Below, one piece after another: positions 51,203-61,704 of a stretch of DNA of 64,000 bases. Below the pieces are notes generated by a model. That model searched no databases. It saw only the letters and a program-made list of their open reading frames with translations, and was not told the DNA's origin. Source of the stretch: Candidatus Latescibacterota bacterium (lineage in GTDB: Bacteria > Latescibacterota > UBA2968 > GCA-2709665); assembly GCA_965248435.1 (NCBI GenBank), contig OZ252100.1:4256001-4320000 (forward strand). Reading direction: 5' to 3'. The stretch's first letter is position 1, and the number at the start of each line of letters is the position of its first letter. Position numbers and translations under genes: made by a program.

Positions 51203-53008
51203 ATGATTGTGTTGTCCTTTCTATGGTCTGCTTGTTCGACCGCAGCAGTTATGGTCGACGGAGTTGTGGCCGCTTGCACTAGTGAGGAACGCTTCAGCAG
51301 AATCAAGAATGACGAGCGGTTTCCAGGCCGCGCCATACACGCGGTTCTGCATGAGGCGGGTGTGAAGCCTGAAGACATCGACTGCATTGCCTTACCTGGT
51401 TTAACTTGGTCGCCCAGATATCAGATATCAAGGAGGTACTCCGTTCGCGGACAGGAGAACAGGTTGCGAGAGCAGCAAGAGTACTGGTACCCAATAATAT
51501 ACCGAGGCAAAAATCCGGATTACTACGAAGTGTTTCATGACTTCCTCGATCTCGACCAGTATCCGGGCAACTGGGAGCGCCACATCGAAGCAGACAGGGA
51601 ACTAAGCGGAGACGCCCACGATCGGTACTTTCAAGACTTTCGGACACGAGTCACCTGCAAATTTCTTGGGATAGATCCAGATCCCTCAATTGTGACATTT
51701 GTGCATCATCATCGGTGCCACGCCGCCTACGCATACTACTCGAGCCCATTTGTACCTGAACCTGCATTGGTGCTGACCGCAGATGCGTGGGGGGATGATA
51801 TGAACGCTGGGGTCTATGCGGCCAGGAACGGTCAAATTAAGCTGATTTCCAAGTCACAGAACCTCCTCGTCGCACGTCTGTACCGATCCATGACGTTGCT
51901 GCTTGGTATGAAGCCAGACGAGCACGAATACAAAGTGATGGGCTTGGCCCCCTATGGCAAGGAAGCTTACTACCTTCCTACGCTGGAGGTGTTCCGCAAC
52001 ACGCAGTACGTCGACGGGCTCGGCTTTGCCTTCAAAGAGAAGCCACAAGACTTGTACGTCCATTTCAGGGATCGGTTGGAAGGTGTGCGTTTCGACAACA
52101 TCGCAGGCGCGCTACAGCACTACACGGAGGAGATTCTAACCCACTGGACTCGAAACTCGATAAAAAGCACCAGCCTGTCGACGGTCTCGTTCGGAGGCGG
52201 TCTAGGGATGAACGTGAAAGCGATGCTGAAGTTGGCGGAACTCCCCCAAGTGGACAAGCTTTACGTGCCGCCCACGCCCTCGGACGAGTCGCTGGTGATG
52301 GGAGCGGCTTACGCGGTCACGGATGATTACGCGAAATTAAACGGGTCCACTGAGCTACGGAGTCATCCGCTGGACAACGCCTATCTCGGTCCGGATCTCG
52401 AAAAGACGGAGGTCGCATCCACGGTGGACCGAGCCAGATCGCAGGGTTTCCGTGTGATGGAGTTGAGCGACAACGAACCTATCGTGGATCGGCTCGTGAA
52501 CGGCAAGATCATAGGGCGCTGCGTCGGGCGGAGCGAATTTGGCGCGCGCGCGCTCGGCAATCGCTCGATCAACGCCGATCCGAGATCTGCGGACGTCATT
52601 GGCCGGATCAACCGGACCATCAAGAGCCGCGACTTCTGGATGCCGTTCGCGCCGTCGATCCTCGCGTCCCGGGCGGCCGAATACCTTGTGAACCCGAAGC
52701 AGCTTGACGGCCCCTACATGACGGTCGCCTTCAACTCAACCGATCTGGCTTGGGAACACCTTCGGGCTGGGCTTCATCCCGCGGACCGAACGTGCCGCCC
52801 GCAGATCCTCAGTGAGTCAGTCAATCGCGATTATCATGGCATGATCGAAGCCTTTTTCCGAAGAACGGGGGTCGGCGGCGTTCTGAACACGTCCTTCAAC
52901 GTGCACGGCGAGCCGATTATCCAGACCGCTTCAGAGGCCTTGAGAATTCTCGAAGAGACGGATCTGGACGCCGTGCAACTGCCTGGTGTTCTGATAGAGA
53001 AGGACTAA
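51203..53008 (+). CDS. Second, divergent carbamoyltransferase (CmcH/NodU family)
   Basis: SEERFSRIKND, HHRCHAAYAYY, HEYKVMGLAPYG, EFGARALGNRSI.ADP, RDFWMPFAPS, LNTSFNVHGEPI; start ATG 51203. Confidence 0.94.
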   Translation: MIVLSFLWSACSTAAVMVDGVVAACTSEERFSRIKNDERFPGRAIHAVLHEAGVKPEDIDCIALPGLTWSPRYQISRRYSVRGQENRLREQQEYWYPIIYRGKNPDYYEVFHDFLDLDQYPGNWERHIEADRELSGDAHDRYFQDFRTRVTCKFLGIDPDPSIVTFVHHHRCHAAYAYYSSPFVPEPALVLTADAWGDDMNAGVYAARNGQIKLISKSQNLLVARLYRSMTLLLGMKPDEHEYKVMGLAPYGKEAYYLPTLEVFRNTQYVDGLGFAFKEKPQDLYVHFRDRLEGVRFDNIAGALQHYTEEILTHWTRNSIKSTSLSTVSFGGGLGMNVKAMLKLAELPQVDKLYVPPTPSDESLVMGAAYAVTDDYAKLNGSTELRSHPLDNAYLGPDLEKTEVASTVDRARSQGFRVMELSDNEPIVDRLVNGKIIGRCVGRSEFGARALGNRSINADPRSADVIGRINRTIKSRDFWMPFAPSILASRAAEYLVNPKQLDGPYMTVAFNSTDLAWEHLRAGLHPADRTCRPQILSESVNRDYHGMIEAFFRRTGVGGVLNTSFNVHGEPIIQTASEALRILEETDLDAVQLPGVLIEKD

Positions 53009-54237
53009 TGACAAAGGGCCTCAGAAGGAACGTCGAAGAAGAGGTGATGTCCGTCTACAGGCGGGTATCGCCCTCGGCCGTCCCCATTGAGGAACGCGAA
53101 ACATTTGAGAAGTATTCATCCGCCCACCGGGAGCTGATGCAGTACAGGTTGCGGATGCCATTAAGACTGTTCGAGAGTGCGCGTGTGGTAGACTTTGGCT
53201 GCGGGACGGGTGAGCTAGACATCGTTATGGCCGACTGGGGTGCGTCTATTGATGGCTTCGATCTGAACGAGAAATCAATCACTCGAGCAAAGGAGCTTGC
53301 TTCACAGTTCTCAATGCAGAATTATACGAATTTCTGGGTTGATAACGCTTGTAGCGTTGACTTGGGACGTAGGCGATACGATATCGTCTCAAGCTACGGC
53401 GTGATCCCTCACGTCGCTGATCAGCAAGCAATGCTCGACCTGATGTGCGATGCAGTTGCAGTGGGCGGGTTTCTAGTCCTAGGATATATATATAGAGCCG
53501 GCATTATTCAGCGGTGGCTGCACCGAGAAATCATTCAGGCCTTTGCATCCTCAGATGAATCCTTGATTGAGGAACTTGCGACCAGATATTTCGGAGAGCA
53601 CATAGGACGATCAGTAAAGCGGGGGGGAAGGGCGCCAAAGTCTGTCATATACGACTACCTGGTCAACCCCCACTATCAGGCTCTCCGGTTCGTCGAACTG
53701 GCAAGACAGCTTGGAGAAAAGGGATTTCGTTACTACTCCGCATGGCCGACACCTGACTTGCCTTTCTGCATCAACAGTTGCGCGGCTAGGCAGATGGGCG
53801 CGACTGACTCCTCGTACAAGATCTTTGCCGCTTTCCTGGATTTGCGGTGGTTGTTCGCTCAGAGAGAGGACCAGGATGTATACGCCAATCTGGGACAATC
53901 GCCGGCAGTTGAGGCCGTGGTCCAACACATTAATGGTCTTATGGACAGGGCGGAAGAGCTACTTGACTTTGATAGAGATGCTCGACACTACGCATCTGCC
54001 TTCAAGGAAAGCTGTCAGAAAACGGCCGATGCTGTCGTCTCAGCGATCGACCAACTTGCTGCATCATTAAGACTAAGGGTACCTGAAGCCTTGGAAGAGC
54101 TCTCAAAGGCGTTTTCCTTGGTCGATGCCCTGAGACGTGGGGAAGAAGCGCCCGACCTAGCATTCGATCATCTATTTCACGGGTACAACGGCCTGGGAAC
54201 TTCCTATGTTTCCTTCGTATGTGAACGAGATATATGA
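53008..54237 (+). CDS. Class I SAM-dependent methyltransferase
   Basis: VVDFGCGTGE, GFDLN..SI, YDIV...GVIPH. Confidence 0.85.
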   Translation: MTKGLRRNVEEEVMSVYRRVSPSAVPIEERETFEKYSSAHRELMQYRLRMPLRLFESARVVDFGCGTGELDIVMADWGASIDGFDLNEKSITRAKELASQFSMQNYTNFWVDNACSVDLGRRRYDIVSSYGVIPHVADQQAMLDLMCDAVAVGGFLVLGYIYRAGIIQRWLHREIIQAFASSDESLIEELATRYFGEHIGRSVKRGGRAPKSVIYDYLVNPHYQALRFVELARQLGEKGFRYYSAWPTPDLPFCINSCAARQMGATDSSYKIFAAFLDLRWLFAQREDQDVYANLGQSPAVEAVVQHINGLMDRAEELLDFDRDARHYASAFKESCQKTADAVVSAIDQLAASLRLRVPEALEELSKAFSLVDALRRGEEAPDLAFDHLFHGYNGLGTSYVSFVCERDI

Positions 54238-54597
54238 TCCTTGGACTGACTCTGGCAACGGGGTGGGTCCAAAAGTCTGTTCGTGGGCAAGCGGCTTATC
54301 GCAAAAGGATCGATCGATGGGTCGTATCGACGAAGGACAAGGAATCGCGGAAGTCGCCCGCGCAGCCTGATACTTACGGACCTGAGGTATTTTTTTTCCA
54401 GATTTTTGGGTTGATTCCCGTTCGAGCTAGATCCAAAGGGTTTCCGCCAATCTGTCTCATAATTGTTCAGACATGGTAAACAACTCTGATGAGGCTCGTA
54501 AGAGCGTCAGCGAAGAACTTGCTGAACGATTGGCTGAATATTCAACGCCAAGTGCTCTATGTTTTTAGAGGCTAACTTAATTTCTTTGGTTGCTTGA

Positions 54598-56382
54598 ATG
54601 AAGGAATTGGTTTTAACAGGTATCCATGGGATCTGGCCTGAGGATGAAAACTCTGCGATTTTCTTGGGCCCGTGGTGTTTCGCTGGGCACCCCAAGTATG
54701 CATTCTGGGACCAAGCGCAATTCGAATTGGCACCGAGTCCCTGGAAGTCTAAGCGTGACATACTCCTTACATCTGCGTATCTGGATTCACTTGTAGAACG
54801 AATTGTCCCTGTTTTAGCAGAGTATTTAAATGATTGGTATGGAAGTGATTACAGTGAGCGTTTCTGGAGATTGAATCTCATTTGCTGGCTGGTTCACTGG
54901 TTAGGGATCGTTTACGATCGATTCAAGAGACTGGAATATTTGGAGCAGGCATATCCTGGACAGAAGTTTTTTGTCCGCGTGATAGGCGCAGATGCACAGA
55001 ATAGGCGCTTTGCCAATTATCAAGAGTTTTCAGGCCAATTTTCGGATCACAATATAAATCTATGTTTTTTCTCACAAATCGTACACCTGGCACAGTTCAA
55101 GTTCTTAGAAAAAGTCATCATTGCAGACTCCTGGAGCCCTTCGTCCACCGGCGCTGGAAATTTTCAGCTCAACCATAGAGAACCCTTGGGCAAGCGACTG
55201 AGGGGTTTTCTGAAAGCTCGTGTCGTCGAAGGACTGTCGTCTTGCGCCGGGATCCGTCTGGGTCAGATTCACGGCTTATCTGGCCGAGACCGCTTTTTTC
55301 TCCTGTCGTCTGTTCTGATTCGAAGTCATGAAAATAGAGTGCACCGAATTGCCGCTCTAGGAAACACAGAAGGACATAAACAGCGCCTTCCCGATGAAGT
55401 AATTTATTTCGAGACACGGAATCTCTTTGAAGAAGTGATTTCAAGGATGGTTCTGGGACACGTCCCCGAGAACGTACTTTCTCTTTCCAACGGTCAGCAT
55501 GTGAGAAAGAGAATGGCCAAGGTTTGGATCGGTAATGACATTTGGAATCCTCAGATGACCCTTGAGCTTGCATCCTTGACAGAAGCTGGCGGAAAATGGA
55601 TCTCGGTGCAGCATGGAGGAGGGTATGGACAGAATTCTTCTTTCCCCATAGGTAAGATAGAGTATGAAGTGGCAGATGGCTTTATCAGTTGGGGTTGGAA
55701 CAAGCCGCACCTTTATGACTGTTGCATCTATCCTCTTCCCTCACCTTTTCTAAGCAAACTTCCATGTTACAAGAATAGAACGGATAAATTGATATATGTG
55801 GGGAGAGAGGCTCTTCCTTATCGCTATCGTTTGCATAGCCTCCTCAGTCCAGAAGAGCTGTTTCCCTATCTCCTGAATCAGAGAGATTTTCTACAGAATC
55901 TAGACCCAATGATCCGAAGTTCGGTGCAGTACAGAGCTTATCGAAATAGTTATGGGGTTGATGAGAAAAGGTGGATTATGCGCCTGCTCGGACAGAACCA
56001 GATGCTTGATGACGGCCGGCTCTTAGATCACATGGCCCGGGCTAGGCTAGTTGTGATTGATCATCTAGGAACCAGCCTACTGGAGTCCCTCGCTATGGGA
56101 GCACCGACGATCTGTTTCTGGAATCCAGAGCATTTTAGAGAGTGTGAAGAGGCACGTACCTATTTTGATTACTTAAGGGACGCGGAGATTCTGTACGACT
56201 CTCCGGAAGCAGCCGCCACCAAGGTCAACGAAATCTGGGACGGTGTTCACTCATGGTGGCATTCCGAGGCTGTGCAGACGGCTCGAATTCAATTCTGTAG
56301 GCAGTATGCGCTGACGAGCAAGAACTGGCTCAGGGAGTGGGCCACGTTTTTGCGCAGCTTTCTTGGTTCTGAAGCGGCATGA
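54598..56382 (+). CDS. LIC12162-family putative transferase (Leptospira rfb-type)
   Basis: W......FLGPWC, LN...G...S.RFW, QHGGGYG, FISWGW, TSLLESL....PT..FW, GT-B-like C-terminus. Confidence 0.75.
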   Translation: MKELVLTGIHGIWPEDENSAIFLGPWCFAGHPKYAFWDQAQFELAPSPWKSKRDILLTSAYLDSLVERIVPVLAEYLNDWYGSDYSERFWRLNLICWLVHWLGIVYDRFKRLEYLEQAYPGQKFFVRVIGADAQNRRFANYQEFSGQFSDHNINLCFFSQIVHLAQFKFLEKVIIADSWSPSSTGAGNFQLNHREPLGKRLRGFLKARVVEGLSSCAGIRLGQIHGLSGRDRFFLLSSVLIRSHENRVHRIAALGNTEGHKQRLPDEVIYFETRNLFEEVISRMVLGHVPENVLSLSNGQHVRKRMAKVWIGNDIWNPQMTLELASLTEAGGKWISVQHGGGYGQNSSFPIGKIEYEVADGFISWGWNKPHLYDCCIYPLPSPFLSKLPCYKNRTDKLIYVGREALPYRYRLHSLLSPEELFPYLLNQRDFLQNLDPMIRSSVQYRAYRNSYGVDEKRWIMRLLGQNQMLDDGRLLDHMARARLVVIDHLGTSLLESLAMGAPTICFWNPEHFRECEEARTYFDYLRDAEILYDSPEAAATKVNEIWDGVHSWWHSEAVQTARIQFCRQYALTSKNWLREWATFLRSFLGSEAA

Positions 56383-57026
56383 TTCTCGGTTTGATTCCCG
56401 CGCGCGGGGGATCTAAGGGTGTTCCCCGAAAAAATATCAGGATGATTGCGGGGAAGCCGCTTATTGTATGGACTATCGAGGCTGCCCAACGGGCTCGAAG
56501 ACTTGATCGGCTCGTTGTCTCAACTGAGGACGACGAGATCGCTGAGATCGTCCAATCCTATCAGGCCGAAGTTCTGCGCCGTCCCCAAGAGCTGGCTACT
56601 GATGAGGCCACATCCCTGAGCGTTTGGCAGCACGTGCTGTCTGCTATTCCTGCCGATATCCTCGTGAATCTGTATCCTACCTCACCGATCCGGGAAGAGG
56701 GCTTGATTGATCAGGCGATCGAACGATTCCTGGAAACGCGTCCTACATGTCTCGCAACAGGTTTTATATGCAAATACTTGCCGTTTGGAGAGGCTGACGA
56801 TGGAGCAACGAATTTACGCGGACGGCAGGATGTGGAAGGCTTTTTCTGCGATGATGGTAACGTCTACGTCGCAGATTCCCGAACCATTATGGATGGTCGG
56901 CAGTACGGAGATCGGCTCGAGCACCTTTTGACGGATCGGGAATGCAACATTGAAATAGATGATCAGTTTGATTTTTGGATAGCAGAGCAGATTCTACTTA
57001 AACGTCTCACTAAGAATAGAATTTAA
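56379..57026 (+). CDS. Second acylneuraminate cytidylyltransferase (NeuA family)
   Basis: IPARGGSKGVPRKN, VSTEDDEI, PTSPIR, EIDD..D; visibly paralogous to 38279-38920. Confidence 0.92.
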   Translation: MILGLIPARGGSKGVPRKNIRMIAGKPLIVWTIEAAQRARRLDRLVVSTEDDEIAEIVQSYQAEVLRRPQELATDEATSLSVWQHVLSAIPADILVNLYPTSPIREEGLIDQAIERFLETRPTCLATGFICKYLPFGEADDGATNLRGRQDVEGFFCDDGNVYVADSRTIMDGRQYGDRLEHLLTDRECNIEIDDQFDFWIAEQILLKRLTKNRI

Positions 57027-57079
57027 GATATCCCAGAAAAGTCTTCTGAATACGATACAGAATCGCTTCGTATACCCTT

Positions 57080-57751
57080 ATGAATATCCTAGTAATAGCT
57101 CCTCATATGGACGACGAAGTACTGGGCCCAGGCGGTACCATCTGCAAGCACGTGGCTGCTGGAGACACAGTCAAAGTACTTTTTGTTTCGAATCGTGTTT
57201 ACAACCATCAATTAGATCAGAAAGCGCTTGAGCGGGAAGAAGAGCATGCAATGGCGGCAAAGTCTATTCTAAACTACCAGGAGGTTGAATTCGCGCGCCT
57301 GCCAGATGAACAGCTCTACAAACACGTTTTAGATGTGCTGGATGTCATCGAAAGAGTAGTGGAGCAATTTGGGCCTGATATCGCGTATGTCAATCATTGC
57401 AGCGACATTCATCAGGACCATAAAACGGTCTTCGAAGCGGCGATGATCGGGTTTCGATCACTGAACAGATCCGATAAACGAATAAGACGCGTTTCCTGTT
57501 ATGAGACGCCGTCATCTACTGAACAAGCGCCTCCGTTTCCAGATCGTGCCTTCCTCCCGAATTTCTATGTGGACATATGCCCTTATATCAACTCGAAGCA
57601 AGAGGCGATGGCTTGTTATAAAACCGAGCAAAGAACATTTCCTCATCCCCGTTCTGCTGAAGGTATTGGCGCGCTCGCAAAGGTTCGAGGCATGGCGTGT
57701 GGTTTTCCAGCGGCAGAAGCATTCATGGTCATTCGAGAGGAATGGCGTTAG
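57080..57751 (+). CDS. PIG-L/LmbE family deacetylase
   Basis: APHMDDE.LG.GG, H..D.HQDH, YET.SSTE, PHPRS, RG......AEAF. Confidence 0.92.
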   Translation: MNILVIAPHMDDEVLGPGGTICKHVAAGDTVKVLFVSNRVYNHQLDQKALEREEEHAMAAKSILNYQEVEFARLPDEQLYKHVLDVLDVIERVVEQFGPDIAYVNHCSDIHQDHKTVFEAAMIGFRSLNRSDKRIRRVSCYETPSSTEQAPPFPDRAFLPNFYVDICPYINSKQEAMACYKTEQRTFPHPRSAEGIGALAKVRGMACGFPAAEAFMVIREEWR

Positions 57752-57771
57752 CTTGCCTGTGTTGGCGGAAG

Positions 57772-58662
57772 ATGCTCATGGGAAAGTGGCTAATAAGAAG
57801 TCTCCTTAGCGGCGATCAATACGAGGCCTTGAGGCAGAGGTTTGGTTCCTTCATAGCGTCCGTTGTGAGGAGGCTGCCAGAAATCGTATTGCTCAAGATC
57901 AAGGCCGAGGTTCATCTGATAAAGCGATTGGACTACGGTAGACGCGACATCTTTATGCACGTTGAGTCAGAACTCGAAAATTTTAGATTGTTATCCTGCC
58001 GAAGGGAGTCCAAAACAGTAGAGTGGATTGAAACCTATATAAAACGAGGCGATATCCTTTATGACATCGGTGCAAACGTGGGCGCTTATGCTTTGGTTGC
58101 GTCCAAATTTTTCAATGGCTGTGTTCGAGTATACGCCTTCGAGCCGGCCGCCAGCAACTTCCTTCAACTTTGCAAGAATATCCAACTGAATAAATGCCAG
58201 GATGCTATCGTACCTTTGCAGGTTGCACTGTCTGACAAAACAACCATAGATACGTTCAACTATCACAGCCTGGTTACAGGCAGTGCCATGCACGCGCTTG
58301 GTGAACCTGTCAACGACCTTGGTGCTAGATTCGAGCCAGTTTTCAGGCAACTTATCTTGGGCTACACAATTGATGGTCTTGTAGAACAATTTCATATTCC
58401 GGTTCCAAGTCACATGAAGATTGACGTCGACGGCAAGGAATTAGCGGTCTTAAGGGGTGCAGATTCAACGCTTTCAAATTCATCTGTCCGCAGTATCATT
58501 GTGGAATTGCAGCCAGACGAGTCGTCCAATCAGATCTCGAAATTTCTATGCACGAAGGGGTTTGAAATCAAGGATACCTTCGAGGTCGGTAACCGAGGAA
58601 CCCGCAACTGTATTTTCGCTCGCCCACCTGGGGTAGAAACCGATGAAATGGCAGTGCGATGA
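57772..58662 (+). CDS. FkbM family methyltransferase
   Basis: YDIGANVG, YAFEP, KIDVDG.E..VL.G; start uncertain. Confidence 0.92.
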   Translation: MLMGKWLIRSLLSGDQYEALRQRFGSFIASVVRRLPEIVLLKIKAEVHLIKRLDYGRRDIFMHVESELENFRLLSCRRESKTVEWIETYIKRGDILYDIGANVGAYALVASKFFNGCVRVYAFEPAASNFLQLCKNIQLNKCQDAIVPLQVALSDKTTIDTFNYHSLVTGSAMHALGEPVNDLGARFEPVFRQLILGYTIDGLVEQFHIPVPSHMKIDVDGKELAVLRGADSTLSNSSVRSIIVELQPDESSNQISKFLCTKGFEIKDTFEVGNRGTRNCIFARPPGVETDEMAVR

Positions 58663-60683
58663 CGGAGAAACGTAGACGTTATCTCATTGTCACAGATACA
58701 GCGTCGAAGGATTGGATTGATAAAGCGGCTTCCTATTCAGGGCAACCGGTAGATTGGTACATTATGCCGCTCGGAGTTTCGGGCGAGCGATATATGACTA
58801 GCTGTGGAGGCGCTTTAGACGAACTGGAAAGCGCAACCACTATCGATATTACGAAATTTTCAGAACGGGCGAAGCAACGCCTCAATGCATTCTATATCCA
58901 GTTTATTTCAAAACTTCCGAGAACCCCATTATTGCGGGGTCGTACACTATTCTCCGAGCTAGCTACGCCCATGATGAACCTCTGGTGGTGTATGGAAATC
59001 TCTGAAAAGAATCCGTATCGTGGGTCTCTCATTTTCAAGCGGCTTTACTTTGTGGCACTCGTGAAAGCAGCTGTGGAGAATGGACATTTTGACGAGATTT
59101 GGGTGTCGTTGGAGGATCGTTTGCTTTCGGGTGCTCTTGGTGACCTACATCCGGCTTCACGGTCTCACGACGTTCATTCGAAACCCGATAGTACATCATC
59201 GATCAATCAGTGGTTCCTAGTCCGATTCGTCACCGCAGCATTTCGAACGTTTCGCCGTGCTGTCGGTTTGCATCTTCTCACGATATTTACCAGAGGATTT
59301 CGACTGGAAACATCCCGCTCACTCGCGATGCTCTTTACATTCTATCCGTTGCTGTGGGATCGACCGTACGAGAAATCTTCTAAAGATCGCATGTACGGGG
59401 GACTAAAGGAGGCGCTGGAAAGGCACACAGAAGTTTGTTACGGGGCGTGGGTGAATGAACCCCTGAGGGAAGCCTGGCGGCATCGACGGGCTATGAAACG
59501 ACATTTTCTGTCGAATGATGTCCTCGTGTTGAATCGACTGTGCAAGCTCCGGGATTTTTGTCAGGCCTGGTCGATTCGGCGTTTTTTTAAGACTCTTTTT
59601 GTTGAAAGCCGTCTGGTTCCCCAGATTCGCGCGGTTTTTGAAGACGTTGATATTTCTCCTTTCGTTCAAGAAGAAGTGCGGCGGTCTTTTTGCCGGCCCG
59701 AGTTTTTTACGAATGAGCTTCTTGCGAGTGCTGTCGCAAGAAGCATTGATCGTTTTGGGATTAGGAGCATTATTCACTACATGGAATTCCAGTTGTTTGA
59801 AAAGGCGATTTGGTACGGCGCTCACAACAGGACAAAGACGATCGGTTTTCAGCATTCCTCAATCCGAAAGGACAATTTGCTATACCTCTTTTCCGGGGAA
59901 GAAATCTCCGAGGCTCTGAATTCCGGAAGCTCGTTCCAGGCGATGCCGTTCCCCGATCTGATCTTCACGAGCGGGCACTATCCCTTCGAAGTACTTCGGA
60001 GAAACGGCATTCCTGAGGATCGACTTGCAATTTGTGGAGCTGTTCGGTACGAAAAGTTGGCTTCCTGGATTAGTCAGATGCCTGATCAGCGGCAACTTCG
60101 CCGTACCCATAGGATTCAGATTCAAACAAAGGTGTTGCTGGTCGCGTCGTCCTCAGATTCTCTGGATGGCGCCATCGACCTTATCAGATGCGTCTTGCAG
60201 TCTATCCCCCCTGAGGCTCACGACGTGCTGGTTGTGATCAAATGCCACCCCATGCTTCCGATCGATTGGCAGATGATTGATGGAATAGTGCCAAATGGAT
60301 TACTTTTTGAAATTCGTCTCCTGCCTGCTGATGCACCGCTCTTAGATTTCGTGGCGCTGTCTGATGCCGTTTTTCAAACCGGTTCGTCAACAGCGGTTGA
60401 GGCAGCCGCTTTGGGCCGAATTGTGGTGACATACGACAATTGCGCGGTTCTCAATTTAGCCCCTGTTCCGGATGTTTCCCGCCTCGGACTCGTAGCAAGG
60501 ACAGATGAAGAGATGCGTCGTGCCGTTGACAAGGTGTTGACAGGCGAGGTGTCGTTGAATGGACTGCGAGAGAGTAGCAGATGCGAAGTGGATGAGGTGT
60601 TCAGCTATCTTGATGGGACGGCTAGCGACCGGTTCGTCCAACTCTTGCAGAAATTCGGGGTCCTGGACGAACATTGTTCCTAA
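58659..60683 (+). CDS. Uncharacterized surface carbohydrate biosynthesis protein (GT-B-like C-terminus)
   Basis: LWW...ISEK, E...FEKA, GFQHS, PD, G..RY, IKCHP, SSTAVEA..LG, DG.ASDR. Confidence 0.62.
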   Translation: MTEKRRRYLIVTDTASKDWIDKAASYSGQPVDWYIMPLGVSGERYMTSCGGALDELESATTIDITKFSERAKQRLNAFYIQFISKLPRTPLLRGRTLFSELATPMMNLWWCMEISEKNPYRGSLIFKRLYFVALVKAAVENGHFDEIWVSLEDRLLSGALGDLHPASRSHDVHSKPDSTSSINQWFLVRFVTAAFRTFRRAVGLHLLTIFTRGFRLETSRSLAMLFTFYPLLWDRPYEKSSKDRMYGGLKEALERHTEVCYGAWVNEPLREAWRHRRAMKRHFLSNDVLVLNRLCKLRDFCQAWSIRRFFKTLFVESRLVPQIRAVFEDVDISPFVQEEVRRSFCRPEFFTNELLASAVARSIDRFGIRSIIHYMEFQLFEKAIWYGAHNRTKTIGFQHSSIRKDNLLYLFSGEEISEALNSGSSFQAMPFPDLIFTSGHYPFEVLRRNGIPEDRLAICGAVRYEKLASWISQMPDQRQLRRTHRIQIQTKVLLVASSSDSLDGAIDLIRCVLQSIPPEAHDVLVVIKCHPMLPIDWQMIDGIVPNGLLFEIRLLPADAPLLDFVALSDAVFQTGSSTAVEAAALGRIVVTYDNCAVLNLAPVPDVSRLGLVARTDEEMRRAVDKVLTGEVSLNGLRESSRCEVDEVFSYLDGTASDRFVQLLQKFGVLDEHCS

Positions 60684-60750
60684 ATCGTCAGTTTGCTTCT
60701 TGTCGCGTCTAAGGTAATCTCGACACGAATACTAAAGGAGATGGATCCGA

Positions 60751-61704
60751 GTGGTATCTTCAGAGACTAAGGTGCTCATTACAGGGAACGGCCTGCTTGC
60801 CAGCGCCCTCGCAAGAACGAGATCCCTGGACAACCTGACTTGCACCTTTTTTACCCATTGTACTAGACCGATCGGTGCTGACATACTTGGAATGGATGTT
60901 ACGGACAGACCAAGTGTCTTGGACCTCTTCGAAGCAGTGCGCCCCGAGGTCGTTGTTCATACGGCCTCAATCGGCAGCGTGGATTACGCAGAAAAGAATC
61001 CGGACGTCTGTTATAAAACCAATGTAGAAGGGACACAGAACGTGATTTCTGCGTGCCAGAACTTTGGCGCCTTGCTTGTTTTTATTTCCTCCAACGCCGT
61101 TTTTGGTGGCGAAAACGCTCCTTATTCAGAACAAGACGACCCAGATCCGATTAACTACTATGGAAAACTCAAAACTGAAGCGGAACACCACGTCGCCAAG
61201 TCAAACCTCTCCTGGACGATTATCAGGCCCATATTGATGTATGGGTGGCACAGTCCCCAGCATCGAAACAATCCCGTTACCTGGTTACTTGAATCTCTCA
61301 GGGAAGAAAAACCAGTCAAAGTTGTTGACGATGTCTTTTGCAATCCGATGTGGGCGGACAATGGGGCAGAAGCAATTTGGGCTGCAGTTGAAAAACAGGT
61401 TGAGGGGATCTTTCACGTCGCCGGTCAAAACCGGCTGAGTCGATTAGAGTTCGCGTTGGAGTCCGCCGAGGTCTTCGGGCTCGATCCTGACCTGGTCGAA
61501 TCTGTCAGAAGTTCCTATTTCCCCGAGATCGCTCCTCGTCCTGTGGACACCTCTTACAATGTAGAAAAGGCGGAACGAATTCTTGGAATCCGGGCTTTGA
61601 CCACTCGCGAAGGCCTCGAGCGGATGCGGGCGCAGGAGACTGAGAAATCGGCATGGTGGACGGACGAGTCTGAAGTAAACAGGAAGGAATTATGCCGGAA
61701 GTAA
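60751..61704 (+). CDS. RmlD-like NAD(P)-dependent sugar reductase
   Basis: P.VVVHTA...VD.AE..P, ISS..VF.G, Y.E.D.P.PINYYGK.K, V.D....P, APRP. Confidence 0.87.
   Translation: MVSSETKVLITGNGLLASALARTRSLDNLTCTFFTHCTRPIGADILGMDVTDRPSVLDLFEAVRPEVVVHTASIGSVDYAEKNPDVCYKTNVEGTQNVISACQNFGALLVFISSNAVFGGENAPYSEQDDPDPINYYGKLKTEAEHHVAKSNLSWTIIRPILMYGWHSPQHRNNPVTWLLESLREEKPVKVVDDVFCNPMWADNGAEAIWAAVEKQVEGIFHVAGQNRLSRLEFALESAEVFGLDPDLVESVRSSYFPEIAPRPVDTSYNVEKAERILGIRALTTREGLERMRAQETEKSAWWTDESEVNRKELCRK

Noticed and set aside
54234-54479. 81-aa ORF overlapping the methyltransferase stop (ATGA)
   Set aside because: No recognisable motif and it runs through a T8 tract in an AT-rich spacer; could be a gene remnant but is unsupported.
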